Positions 12,101-22,764 of a stretch of DNA of 64,000 nt are shown one piece after another. The position numbers and the translations under genes were made by a program. The number at the start of each line of letters is the position of its first letter. Position 1 is the first letter of the stretch. Below the pieces are notes generated by a model, which had not been told where the DNA came from, did not search any database, and saw nothing but the letters and a program-made list of their open reading frames with translations. The stretch covers positions 53,258,001-53,322,000 of the forward strand of contig NC_082722.1 in NCBI RefSeq assembly GCF_030144855.1. The letters run 5' to 3'. This stretch comes from Hypanus sabinus (Eukaryota).

Positions 12101-15100
12101 GTCCAGTTGGGGATTCATGGGTATAGTCAGCTCCAGAGGAAAACTAATTTCTTCTTATGTTTTTTTTAAAGGTATTATCAAGTATAACATTACACTCATT
12201 GGCCATTACCATTTACATTTATATAATTGGATAGGCAAGTAATTAAACACAGATAATTATTCTGGTGTTAACAACACAAAACAACAGAGGTCAAAAATAT
12301 TAAATCCGTCACTGGTGAAAGTTTTACCTTCCTCGTTCATTGGAAATATATAAACTGAAAGCTTTCCATCGGAACTCTCCAGCGCATAGGTTGAAATATT
12401 ATAAGAACTAATGAAATCAAACTGTAAGTTTATCGGTGCACCTTCAGATACAGACACGTGTATGGTGATATTACTGCCTGGACTCAGGACTGAAGGCTCT
12501 AACACTGCTTCCAGACCGTTGATCTCAACGAGAAGATAAATTGTCAAATTCTGATATATCTCTACAGAATCATTTGTTGCGGTTACAATCACATTATGTT
12601 GGCCTGGCCCAATAAGCAACTGAGAGGTTTGGTCTATAGGGATGACCCCTTGTATTAGAGTGGATGCCTGAAGAACAGTATTTCCAACAGACGCAGTGTA
12701 GATCATATCAAAATCTACAAGAGAAAAGTACTTAAATTTAGTTAATTATAACAATGTACAAAAATACATAAATGGATGCAGCCATTTCATATTTCTAAAC
12801 TTTGGGAAGGGGCTGTTTGGGAGAACACCAGTCCTCATCAAGGGGTCAGCAGTGATAAGGGTGAGCAGCTTCACATTCCTGGGTGTCAACATCTCGGAGG
12901 GTCTATGGTTCCTCCACCATACTGATGCAAGCACTAAGAAGATATGCCAGTGTCAGTGGAGCTTGAGGAGATTTGGTATGTCACCAAAGACTCCAGCAAA
13001 TATCTACAGATGTACTGTGGAGATCATTCTGACTGGCTGCATCACCATCAGGTGCAAAGACTCCAATGCACAGGATCAAACACAACTTCAGAGCCTTGTA
13101 GACCCAGCCAGCTCTATCGTGGGCACTAGCCACTGCAGCATTGAGAATATCTTCAGAAGGTGGTGCCTTAAGAAGGCGGCAAACACCATTAAGGATCCTC
13201 ACCATCTGGGACGTGCCCTCTTCTTGTTACTATCATCAGGAAGAAGGATATACGCTCAACACTTTAGGTAAACCTTCTTGCCCTCCACCAGCAGATTTCT
13301 GAATGGTCCAGGAACCCGTGAACTCTCTTGCTCTCTTTTTGCACTATTTATCTAATTTTTTAATGTATTTCCTATTGTAACCTTTTCTGTATTGCTCTAT
13401 ACTGCTGCTATAAAATAACAAAGTTCATGGTATGTCAGAGATAATCAACCCAATTCTGATTCTCAGTGTACTGTATAGTCCATTATGTTAATACAACAAT
13501 AAAATATTATTTTTAATGTTTTACTGCAAGTTAGAATCCAAATGTAAAATCTTAAATTGAAGAGTGCTAATCTAACAAACCTAATTATTTCAGTTTGTAA
13601 TACAGGCATATATGTACCACGTTTTGTCTGAATCCACAATGTTTCTCCATATCGCACTGTGCAATCAAGAATTGTGTCCAGTTGACTGGGGCTGAAACAC
13701 TGCAAACCATCCATTTGATTGTATGGCTGATGTATAATTTCACTCTTGTCAACAGCCCAGTGCCCTCTGCTGCTCTGACATTCAATGGAGATGGTATAAA
13801 CACCTGCAGCCTTGTATAAATGTGCTGCTGTGAAAGATCTTAATGGAACACAAAACAGAACAAAGGAGAAACTAAATGAGACCACGATCAATTTCATCAA
13901 ATTTACTTAGTTATTCAGTTCACTGACAGGCAAAGCATTTAAAAGCAAATGTGTGTGAACAATTTAATCTGAATGTGTTGATCACAGCTATATCATCCCC
14001 TATATATTCATAACTCAGGTGATTAAACTTAAGTACACAGGTTTCATTTGTTCATTTTCAATCTTCAAAGGTGATCTTACTCAAACAGAAACAGAATCAA
14101 AGGTGGAATCACACAAATATCACACATTTTCCACTTTCAATCCCTAATCTTCACTCTCCTACTTGGCAACCTTGATTTCTCTCTGGTTCTCCTAGTTTCA
14201 TAATTTTCTCACTACTCTTGTTTCCTCACAGCCGTTCTCGCCTCTAAGTTGTCTCACTCCTCCCTTGCTGCAGTCTCTCTCATCACCTTTGGTTTGTCCT
14301 TCTTGGCCTTTTCCACCTATCCTCACACTTCTCACTCTGCTCTTTCATAGCATTAAAACTGTCCCTTCCGTCAAATCCCTCAGTTTCGGGTTGCCACATA
14401 GAAATTAAATGAAGATTTTTTTTAAAAACAGAGGGTCTCTCACACATCTAATAATAAAAACAAGAAGCATATTTCACAGAAACAACATTATTTGACTTGT
14501 CTTTACAACCATTATTCTATTAAGACAAAGAAAAGCAAATTTTAATTAGTTGATGTTTACTCACTGTTTTTGGCGATTAAAGTAATACATTTTGCCATCT
14601 CCTGCAGAAACTGTGCATGAAAATTTTTCCAAGTATGGATTAAGTTGCCATTCAAGTGGGATGATTATGTGGAAAATTGAATAGCTATTGACAGATGGCG
14701 CCTGTGAGTCTTTACAAAGTATGACATCAAATTAAACATCAATCACAAAACCAAAAGTTCTTTACCATCACTAAGAAAAGTTGGACTAATTACTATTGTT
14801 ATTGGATTCAACAGGCTTTAATTAATTTATATTTAGGTTGTTATATTTGTGAAGACACATACATGACAATGTTATAATGACCGATTTATGTTACATTTGT
14901 AAAGCAAAAATATGGAACTAGCACATAGTTAGCACATTTAAGTACAGAGGATTACTACTTAGATTATTATGTTTGTGATAGTTTGATAGATCCAAACTAC
15001 CTACCTGTGTTTTCCATGTAGTCCTTATATCATCGTTTGTTTCTAATGAAACAACTTCAATAATTAGCTAAAATGGATCATATAATATGGAAAGCCTTTG

Positions 15101-18100
15101 CTATCTGAATATGTATCTATTGTTGAATTTTCATGGCTTGCCTATGGGTTTAGGAGTTGGGTGTGTTGTTATTACAGATCCTCTACCTAGACCAAGCAGT
15201 CTCTGATTATGTTCATCCAAAACCAGTTTCAATTTAGCTCTCTTCCCTTCCCCAAGCACTTCTGGTAAATATAATCTCAGACAGCAGCAATATTCCACCA
15301 TTATTTTGCATGCTTCAATCTTAATTGAAAAGATTGCAGATTGAGACACAAGCGTTCCATACTCACCACAGCCCTGGTAAGTTGTTGTTTGTGAGATATT
15401 GACCATGGAAAATGATCGCTACTTTCCTACATTTCAAAAGTACTTATTTTCTGTAAAAAGCTTTATGATTTCATGAGGATGTGAAAAGTACCATTTACAG
15501 GCTGTCCCTGAGAAATGAATGAATTCCATTTGTACAAGTCCCTCTAGGTCAATTTTGTTTATAAGCTGGAAAATATACAAAGGCCACTCCACAGTATTGT
15601 AATGAATGGCCTTAATGAGTGGTGCATGGCCAAATGGATAAGGTGTCAGTCTAGTGATCTGAAGGTTGCTAGTTCCTCAACTGAGTAAGCATGTTGTGAC
15701 CTTGAGCAAGGCACTTAACCACACATTGCTCTGCGATGACACTGGTGCCAAGCTGTATGGGTCCTAATGCCCTTCACTTGGACAACATCAGTGGTGTGGA
15801 GAGGGGAGACTTGCAGCATAGGCAACTGGAGGTCTTCCATACAACCTTGCCCAGGCCTCAGTCAACATCGAAAATCGATGGACAGCCGAAGAATGAATGG
15901 CCTTAACAGCAAATAAGACTGGTAAGGAAGGATGATCGCTAAAGTGGACAGAGAACAAGGAAATTAGTTCTGCCATTCACAGGAATGAATTTACCTGTAT
16001 ATGCTAGACTTTTGAATTAAATAATAGTATTGGAGCTTGCTTGTAACTACAAATGTCCATAAGTCATGCATTCACAACCTAATAAAGGCCTGTCCAAGAA
16101 CCCAGGTCATTATCTTCACAAAATGTATTAGTTATTACTTGAAATATCTCTCTCCCTTACTAGTGAGAGAGAAGGCATGGTGAGATGTCAAGGTGTTGGG
16201 ATGAACAGTAGTTTGTGGTGGACTATAGATCATATTATTTGGGGCCCTGCTATAGCTTGCATGGTGGGTGTTGGGGGGCTGATGGGGGGGGGGGTTGGGG
16301 GTGTGTTGCTGGAACAAGTGGTTGATGCTTTGCTGCTGCTTGTGCATGGCAGGGGGAGTGGGGGCTTTGGGGTTCTAATGTTTGGGGTTTTTATTCTGTT
16401 TTGTGGATGTCTGCGAAGAGTAAGGATTTTAGGTTGTTTACTGTATACATTCTCTGATATTAAATTGAACCATTGAACCATTGAGTTGCAATCACATTGG
16501 GACTTAATGAGGAAACAGACCCAAGGGTCTTGCTGGTCATTCACAAGACACTTGTTGAATGACAGTCTAATGAATTTTATCAATTAATAAAATGATCATA
16601 CCAAATTCACAAATGAAGGGAAGTATGTTGTTGCAGTTCATCATGGCCCACATTAGATAACCAGACTGCTTGTGAACGTAAGTACAATCTGCTGGAGAAG
16701 TGGATGGCTGGCCAAATTCCCAGTTACTGTAATTTAACGCAGATCCGTCCAACCAAGCAAGAGCTGAAAACAAATAAATCAAAGAATTCTGACAGACTCC
16801 ACTATTTTGTCATGATCTACATAGCATAGACAATCAATTACATAATTGAATGCTCAGCTTTAAGATGATATGAGGCCGTTGAAAGTATCATGTACAGGCA
16901 ATCTCCGGGAGACAACAGGTTCCATTTTTGTGCAATTTGATTTTGTCCATGAGCCAGGAAGAACGCAAAAATCACTCAGTATGATAACCACACCTTCACA
17001 GTATTGTAGTGAGTGGCATCAATTGCATGGTGCTTTGGGAGCTTATTTTGCGACACTGTTTTATTCTTTGGTGGGTGTCAATGTGGTTGATTTCTGTAAG
17101 ATTTTATATTTGTAGGTATGAAGAAAATAAACAAACTTGCTAAATGATTAAACTTCACCTGCCGTCATTTTTGTGTGTTAAAATATGGCAAAATGATGTT
17201 AGACATAACAGGAAAAACAGATGCTGAGAGATGTTTCTGAATGTTAGCAGAATGTCTTTGAAATAACTGTGGTTGGAGATTTCTAGAATTTTAACAATAG
17301 TTTGTTATATAAGCAACAAGTGTCCAAAACTATTATGAAATAACAGTTAAGGAATTTATTGATTGGCATAATCCATTAATTTATTTCTTTTCACCATAAC
17401 CAAATGTATAAGAATGAGCATTTCAACTATAGAAAGTTGATGGTAATTTTGTATCTGCCCAGAACTGCCATGTTCCCAACTTCAAACTGAAATATTGAAC
17501 TTCATAACTTCAGATAACTTTATCTGTGATGCATCTGTGACATTAGCCCAGATTAACTGATTCCTTTGTTAACCCTTTTTCTCTGATATAGTTGTCGAGT
17601 TTTCAACCATTCCTTAAACCAGGATTTCCCAACCTTTTTTTATGCCATGGAGCTTTACCGTTAACCAAAGGGTCCATGGACCCCAGGTTGGGAACCTCTG
17701 CCTTAGACTATCAGAGCTATCACATAAACACAAGAGATTCTCCATATGCTGGAAATCTTGAGCAACACTCATAAAACAAGTCAGTGGTATCGTGGCATTG
17801 CTGTGGACTTCAAGGTGAGTAGTCCCGGGTTCAAATCCAGCCAGTTCCTTGTACGCTTTCTGTCCATGCTGGGTTGAGAGTCTAGCTAGCAACTCAGCTT
17901 TGTAAACAGCAGACAAATGCTTAAGAAACAGCAATTGCCGGCTGATGCACCACAAGGTGCGGGGAGGGGAGAAAAGAACACACAAAATGCTTTAGGAACT
18001 CAGCAAGCTAGGCAACATCCACAGAGGGAAATAAACAGTCGACATTTTGGGCTGAGATCCTTCACCCGGTCTGTGAAGGGGCAAATAAGAAAGTTAGCTT

Positions 18101-18553
18101 CAGTATCCTGGTGATAACCAAATACTGGAATTAAAAACTTGCACAATAGATGTCATCAACATTTTTGTTAAATTCCTTGTATATATTTCTCTTTCTTACT
18201 TTAAGCTACTATACATCCAATACACACTGATTTTAAAACAGAATTCAGATCTTACCTTTAGCATTTGATTCAGGGATTAAGTCGTGTACAGCATAAGACA
18301 GGCCAATCCACCTGTTGTTGACATCTTGAGTGTAGGTAATCAGAAACTGGTGAACCCCTTCACTTTTAATAAAAGCAAGATGCCCACCAGCCCCAGCACC
18401 TCTGCACCACCCCTGGGCACTTGAGAAGTTCAGTTGCACTTCCACAAACTCATAGCATGAAGTTTGAAACTGCTTCTGATGTTGGAGACAGGGTTCAGCA
18501 TCAACCTGATAATAAATACAAAAGGCTATGACAAAAACCATTTGAAACCCCAT
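3058..18553 (-). CDS. Polycystin-1-like gene (PKD1L2/PKD1L3 family; probable PKD1L3 orthologue), 5' portion, spliced; continues beyond the left edge
   Basis: Phase-compatible GT-AG exons: 18553-18256, 16763-16602, 14709-14565, 13838-13618, 12714-12328, 11185-11072, 9712-9663, 6351-6247 (or 6229), 3189-3058. They translate to signal peptide, C-type lectin, PKD1L2-like Ig/PKD segments and a PKD1L3-like GAIN helix. The gene is adjacent to IST1, as human PKD1L3 is. Confidence 0.85.
4030..4480 (+). mobile_element. Penelope-like terminal fragment, hammerhead segment deleted
   Basis: Same family; cagtcctgatg is joined directly to ctgcctggc. Confidence 0.7.
5106..5915. mobile_element. Non-autonomous pogo/Tigger-like DNA transposon (about 810 bp)
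   Basis: TIRs CA(G/T)TGGATT.TGGTTAATTGGG ... CCCAATTAACTGGAACCCACTG followed by TA; inverted relative to the copies at 30011 and 58038. Confidence 0.75.
6247..6351 (-). CDS. PKD1L-family exon 8 ([35 protein letters not shown][VSEIMQ])
   Basis: ttgttttgcag acceptor, phase 0; two in-frame donors, TCT|gtaagt (exon end 6247) and CAG|gtaaag (exon end 6229). Confidence 0.55.
6366..6930 (-). mobile_element. Penelope-like fragment abutting the PKD1L exon 8 acceptor
   Basis: [14 protein letters not shown] remnant, family terminus, degenerate hammerhead 6465-6502. Confidence 0.75.
8200..8970 (-). mobile_element. Rex1/Babar-type LINE RT fragment
   Basis: [16 protein letters not shown]...ISTGAPQG and [17 protein letters not shown] motifs, frameshifted. 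Confidence 0.8.
9663..9712 (-). CDS. PKD1L-family exon 7, 50-nt exon ([17 protein letters not shown])
   Basis: ctttaacag acceptor, GAA|gtgagt donor; converts phase 1 to phase 0 as needed to join the flanking exons; no homology support. Confidence 0.6.
11072..11185 (-). CDS. PKD1L-family exon 6 ([14 protein letters not shown]...)
   Basis: ctgattacag acceptor, G|gtaagg donor, 114 nt; matches remembered PKD1L2 GTFLVTMLVRNAFS. Confidence 0.85.
12328..12714 (-). CDS. PKD1L-family exon 5 (Ig-like segments, ...[16 protein letters not shown]...EEG)
   Basis: 387-nt open exon, ctcttgtag acceptor, G|gtaaaa donor; similar to remembered PKD1L2 LMGPGRHRLEIQATGN...PVEG. Confidence 0.87.
12800..13462 (+). 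mobile_element. Rex1/Babar-type LINE 3' fragment
   Basis: [13 protein letters not shown]...[14 protein letters not shown]...[19 protein letters not shown]; (ATTCTG) tail. Confidence 0.8.
13618..13838 (-). CDS. PKD1L-family exon 4 (PKD-like: [15 protein letters not shown]...YGETLWIQ)
   Basis: H-x-Y-x-x-x-G-x-Y-x-I PKD motif; acceptor ccattaag, donor G|gtacat; phase 2-1. Confidence 0.85.
14565..14709 (-). CDS. PKD1L-family exon 3: start of PKD/Ig-like fold
   Basis: [48 protein letters not shown] resembles remembered PKD1L2 [20 protein letters not shown]; acceptor tgtaaag, donor gtgagt; phase 1-2. Confidence 0.78.
15616..15891 (+). mobile_element. tRNA-derived SINE with 15-bp TSD
   Basis: A/B-box-like head; TSD aatgaatggccttaa at 15601-15615 and 15892-15906. 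Confidence 0.75.
16602..16763 (-). CDS. PKD1L-family exon 2: C-half of C-type lectin domain
   Basis: ttttcag|..[19 protein letters not shown]...CTYV...W...C....PFICEF G|gtatga; 162 nt, phase 1-1. Confidence 0.9.
17620..17700. mobile_element. hAT (Charlie/MER5-like) MITE, 81 bp
   Basis: CAGGATTTCCCAACC...GGTTGGGAACCTCTG TIRs; 8-bp TSD ccttaaac / ccttagac. Confidence 0.75.
17725..18075 (-). mobile_element. Penelope-like terminus interrupted by a tRNA-SINE (about 17780-17965)
   Basis: Family terminus split by an element with a GGTTCAAATCC B-box; degenerate hammerhead 18036-18073. Confidence 0.6.
18256..18553 (-). CDS. PKD1L-family exon 1: signal peptide and N-half of C-type lectin domain
   Basis: [37 protein letters not shown]...AQGWC...GGHLAFI...WIGL; donor AAAG|gtaag, phase 1. 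Confidence 0.9.
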
Positions 18554-18605
18554 ATTTTAAATTTCAGCAAAGCCAGAGCATCTAAAGCAAGCTCTGAACT
18601 TTTAG

Positions 18606-18613
18606 TTATATAA
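18606..18613 (-). promoter_or_regulatory. Candidate TATA box for the PKD1L gene
   Basis: TTATATAA about 55 nt upstream of the ATG at 18553; motif and position only. Confidence 0.3.
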
Positions 18614-21089
18614 GACGTGTCTCCACCTCTTTGGTGAGCCATTCCCCTTAACCACACAACAGTAGATCAGGTTTCTGAAATTTACATCCAGTGCATTGGG
18701 ATGAGCTACTGTGGCAGGAAATATAAGGGAATCACTAGTCAATGATAAATATTTGGTTTGTGGTACTTATCACAGAGATATTACCAACTTCCTCTTTTTC
18801 ACCATTTTACAGCTGTGTATTAACAGATATTTAATATTAAGCCATTTCTGGATTTATTAGACCGAACCTAATGTACATAAAGAAATAAAATTGAAAATGC
18901 TTTAAACAGCTGTGAAGTCAGTCTGCATCTGTGGCAAGAGAAATAGTCACCATTTTAACAAATGATCTTTAAGTTCATTTAGAGAGGAGGCATTAGTCAA
19001 AGTTTGGCTCTGACGTAAAGCAGCACTCGTAACATAAAGGTTTGAAAGGTTTATAGCACCAGAAACACTGGAAAATCTCAAGACAGCAACTGGCCAACAC
19101 ATTACAGAATCTGAGAGATTTGAAGTATAATCCAATCAGTTAGGGTAATTCCCCCATTTACAAACATCCAACGTACAGATTTCTGTGGTAGTGCCTCGGA
19201 CTCTGGGTTATGTGTCTTCAGTTTGTGAAGATATTTTTCATTCTGAGAGGTAGAAATGCACCATACTGAAATAAGTAAAATGAATTTTGCCCAGCCTTTT
19301 CGACATACAAAATTTCATTTTCAGAAATGTTTCCAGGAATATGGTTAAATCAGGGAATTGCAATGAGTGATCTCCCTTGGCTCTGTGTTACTTTTACTTC
19401 AATCTACTGGTAATAGAATTCTGAAAGTTCTAGCATGGCAGTGCAAAATCACAAGGACAACATTAACTATCACTTTACATGAGTGAATAAAGCAAAGCTT
19501 TACTATTGTGACATTCTACTTCTCTCTTAGAACACCTCACTAACACAACATGTTATGAAACTTCATTCCAAAATAAGAGATTAATCTAATCTGATTGCTG
19601 TTGTCCTACTGGATGAGAGCATAAATTTAGGAACATAGCTGTTAAGCTATCCACCTATGTATATTATGTGCATTCTTTAGCCACACAAGTTACTCCCACA
19701 ACCTACCCTGGTCCCTAGAACATATACTTGAATTGTTTAAAAAGTATTCTGCCCATTTAGCTTTTGACTGAGTCTGCATTTACACAGTAACTACTTAGTC
19801 ATTGCTTGTTCCATAAGTGAATAACATTTGAACATTAGAAATTTTTTGACAAGAACAGGCCATTCAGCCCAACAAAATTTGCTGTTCACATAGTGGAAAA
19901 AACTCTTAAAATTCCTGTTCACATTCATAAGTGATGATAGCCCAGAATGATAAATTCAGTTATAACACAGAACAAAATTTTTACAAAATTTCACTAGACC
20001 TTCTGCATACAGTACTTCTAGCATTTTCTATTTTGTTTCAGTTTTCTAGCATCAATAGAATTTTTTTAAATCATCATATTTTTGTTCAATATCTCTGCCT
20101 TTCCCTTTCATTTGCATCTTCTTGGCTTATCACCAAGAAGTGAATTTGTCATCAACTTCCTTCTCAAAAACTTGGAACATGGATTCTGATAACCTTCAGA
20201 GAAACAGGCTTCAATGAAAACAGGCTATTTATGACTTTGTATCCTATCACAGGTTTTGCTGATAACAGTACCTGTGGGTTGTTATGCAAGTTAAGCACTT
20301 TTGCCCAACGCATCAGATAGAAAAATCTCACACAGGTTAAGTTACTAGAATTAACAAAACAACTATAGTTGCTAGATTTATTTAAGCACAGCATTCATTC
20401 ATGAAGTTAATAATACAGCATCCCTACAAAATTCCATATTTTCTATTACAATTAATGTTGCTTCAGGGAAAATTTCCAAAAGTAAGTTGTTAATGGATCA
20501 ATTGGAATAAACCAATCAGAAATCTGATCATACCCTGCAACGGTAGGATGAAAAGTTTCTCACTGATTTCTTACCAGTCAAGTTGAAGACAAAGCAAATA
20601 TCTTAAGTCATATTTGTTTTTTCTATGTATATTGGGAGTATAACTACAGTACATCTAACAAAGCAGGTGAGCACAGAAAATGAATTTAAATAATTTAGAT
20701 TTTCAAACAAGTACAATAGAATAAAACACAATAAAGACTAAAGAAAGATCATTGAGCATAAAAGGATCAAGTGGCTTAGACAATATGAGAAAACAATGAC
20801 TATTCTTGAAATTATGAAAGAACTTGAATTATTCCAGCAGGTATCCTATTTCCATGCTTTTATGATAATGCAACTTCTTTTAAAATTACAAGTAAATATA
20901 TCATTATCTTATCTCATTAAATATGTTTCAGGTGCAGAGAATAGTAGACATGTAGGGGATGAGGAATGACATTAGTAACAAAGAAATAACCCAATTAAGA
21001 ATAATTGATAACAATTTAACAGTAGTTTAGTTTCTCTATTCCATGGTTGCGAAGTCTAAACTAACTTCAGTTTGCTCTGTAGGATAATG

Positions 21090-21595
21090 ATAATGGTTCC
21101 TTAAGGTTGTCATAATCAGAGGAGATAGTAGGAATAAGCTCCCACTACTTATTAAATTCTCCCAATGGCATGTGTTTCACATATCCTCTGACAACCAAGT
21201 CCAGCATGTGGCTTAGCAATGAAGACCAGCAAAGCTATTTCTTCTAAAGGTGGGGCAAAGGTGGGTTACTGGCACTTTAAACCCAGTTGCTTTGGGCAGA
21301 TGGGGCTCACCAGCTCTTCTGGAAGGAAAATTCTGATCTCAAACCTCCACTGCCTCGTGGCTATACCCACTCAAGGAGAAGACTTCGAAAGTAAAACCTA
21401 AAGAAAAATTCAGAGCTGGAGTCCCTAAAGCAGACTCTGCTGGTGCAGAACCGTATTGGTCGCTACTGTTCCTTTGGATTCATCAGCGGAGTGGAAAGAG
21501 GGAGTCTGCTCTTTGCTCTCCATGTGGTACTGCTCTGGCTTGCATACCACATAGATATGCCAAATCCAAGATCAACCCAGACCAATGGAGGCATT
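21090..21595 (+). mobile_element. Probable RTE-clade non-autonomous retroposon
   Basis: Resembles remembered RTE 5'UTR plus 3' end; 3' part similar to the tail of the SINE at 15616-15891. Confidence 0.45.
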
Positions 21596-21710
21596 TAATT
21601 CCTTGTGGTATCTTTGCTTTCAAATGGTCTAAGAAGACAGTAGACAGTAGAAGCAGCAGAATATTGCCCCAAAACTGATTAAAGCTAGAAAAACTTCCAG
21701 AAAAGATATA

Positions 21711-22191
21711 CAAGGGGTGATGGATAAGTCGTGGCCCAAGGTAGGAGTCAATTTTAGAAAACCTAGCACATTTATTTTTCAACATAGTCCCCTCCTACAT
21801 TTACACATTTAGTCCAGCAGTCATGGAGCATACAGATCTTGGACCTCCAGAAAGTGTCCACAGCAGGGGTGATTGATAAGTTTGTGGCTTAAGGTAGAAG
21901 GAGATGAGTTATACAGCTCTCTTTATATGCACATGCAGGTCAACTCTGAGTGATTATGCAGTAAGTTTGAAGTTAATAACTCATCTCCTTCTACCTTAGG
22001 CCACATACTCATCAATCACCCCTGATGAGTTATTAACTTCAAACTTTCTGCAAAGAAGGGATCCATATGCTCCACAACCGCTGGACTAAGTGTGTAAATG
22101 TAGGAGGGGACTATGTTGTAAAATAAATGTGCTAGGCCTTCTAAAATTGACTTCTTCTACCTTAGGCCATGAACTTATCAATCACCCCTCG
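21711..22191. mobile_element. Mariner-type MITE with long and nested TIRs
   Basis: TA|C(A/G)AGGGGTGAT.GATAAG... about 130-bp TIRs ...CTTATCAATCACCCCTCG|TA. Confidence 0.85.
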
Positions 22192-22764
22192 TATATATGA
22201 ATTACCTTCAGTGTTATTTGAACTCCTACAAATAGGCTTGATTGATTGAGTCATTACCCTGCTGCCTCTTCCTCTGAAAAGGCCTTAAACACAACCCCGT
22301 GATTATTTTTGAAAACATAACACTTTAAAGAATTCTGTCTTGGGACGTTGAATGTACCTGGTTATCCAAGGGAATTTATTTATGTTTATTTATGTCATCA
22401 GAACCCAAAATAACCCATTCAAATCTTAAAATGCTTCCAATTATAAAGTTAGACAAAAGAAACCTCGAAACCTCATTGAAAGCTGAAAACAGACTTATTT
22501 GGGGTGAGGGTGTGGTTTTAAAGTTGGCATAATCAGACACATGGCCTCACTGGATACCAATAATCAGTTAGAGGCACTAACTGTCATTGTGTCAGTTGAC
22601 TGAATGCAAGAGTTCAGCTCCCCAAGTGTCGCCAAGTGTGTACTACAGCCTCGGTCATCTAAAGGGTGACTGGGAGATGGATGTCAAGTCAGACAATCTG
22701 ACCTGAGATTGTATAGTTTTAAACTGATGGTCTATGCTATAGGGATGTCCACTCTATCTAGGTT

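Noticed and set aside
15131-15976. Possible SUEL lectin exons (Cys-containing ORF; a YGR motif)
   Set aside because: The YGR lies inside the SINE, and the ORF overlaps old SINE-like sequence with no SUEL Cys pattern or good splice sites
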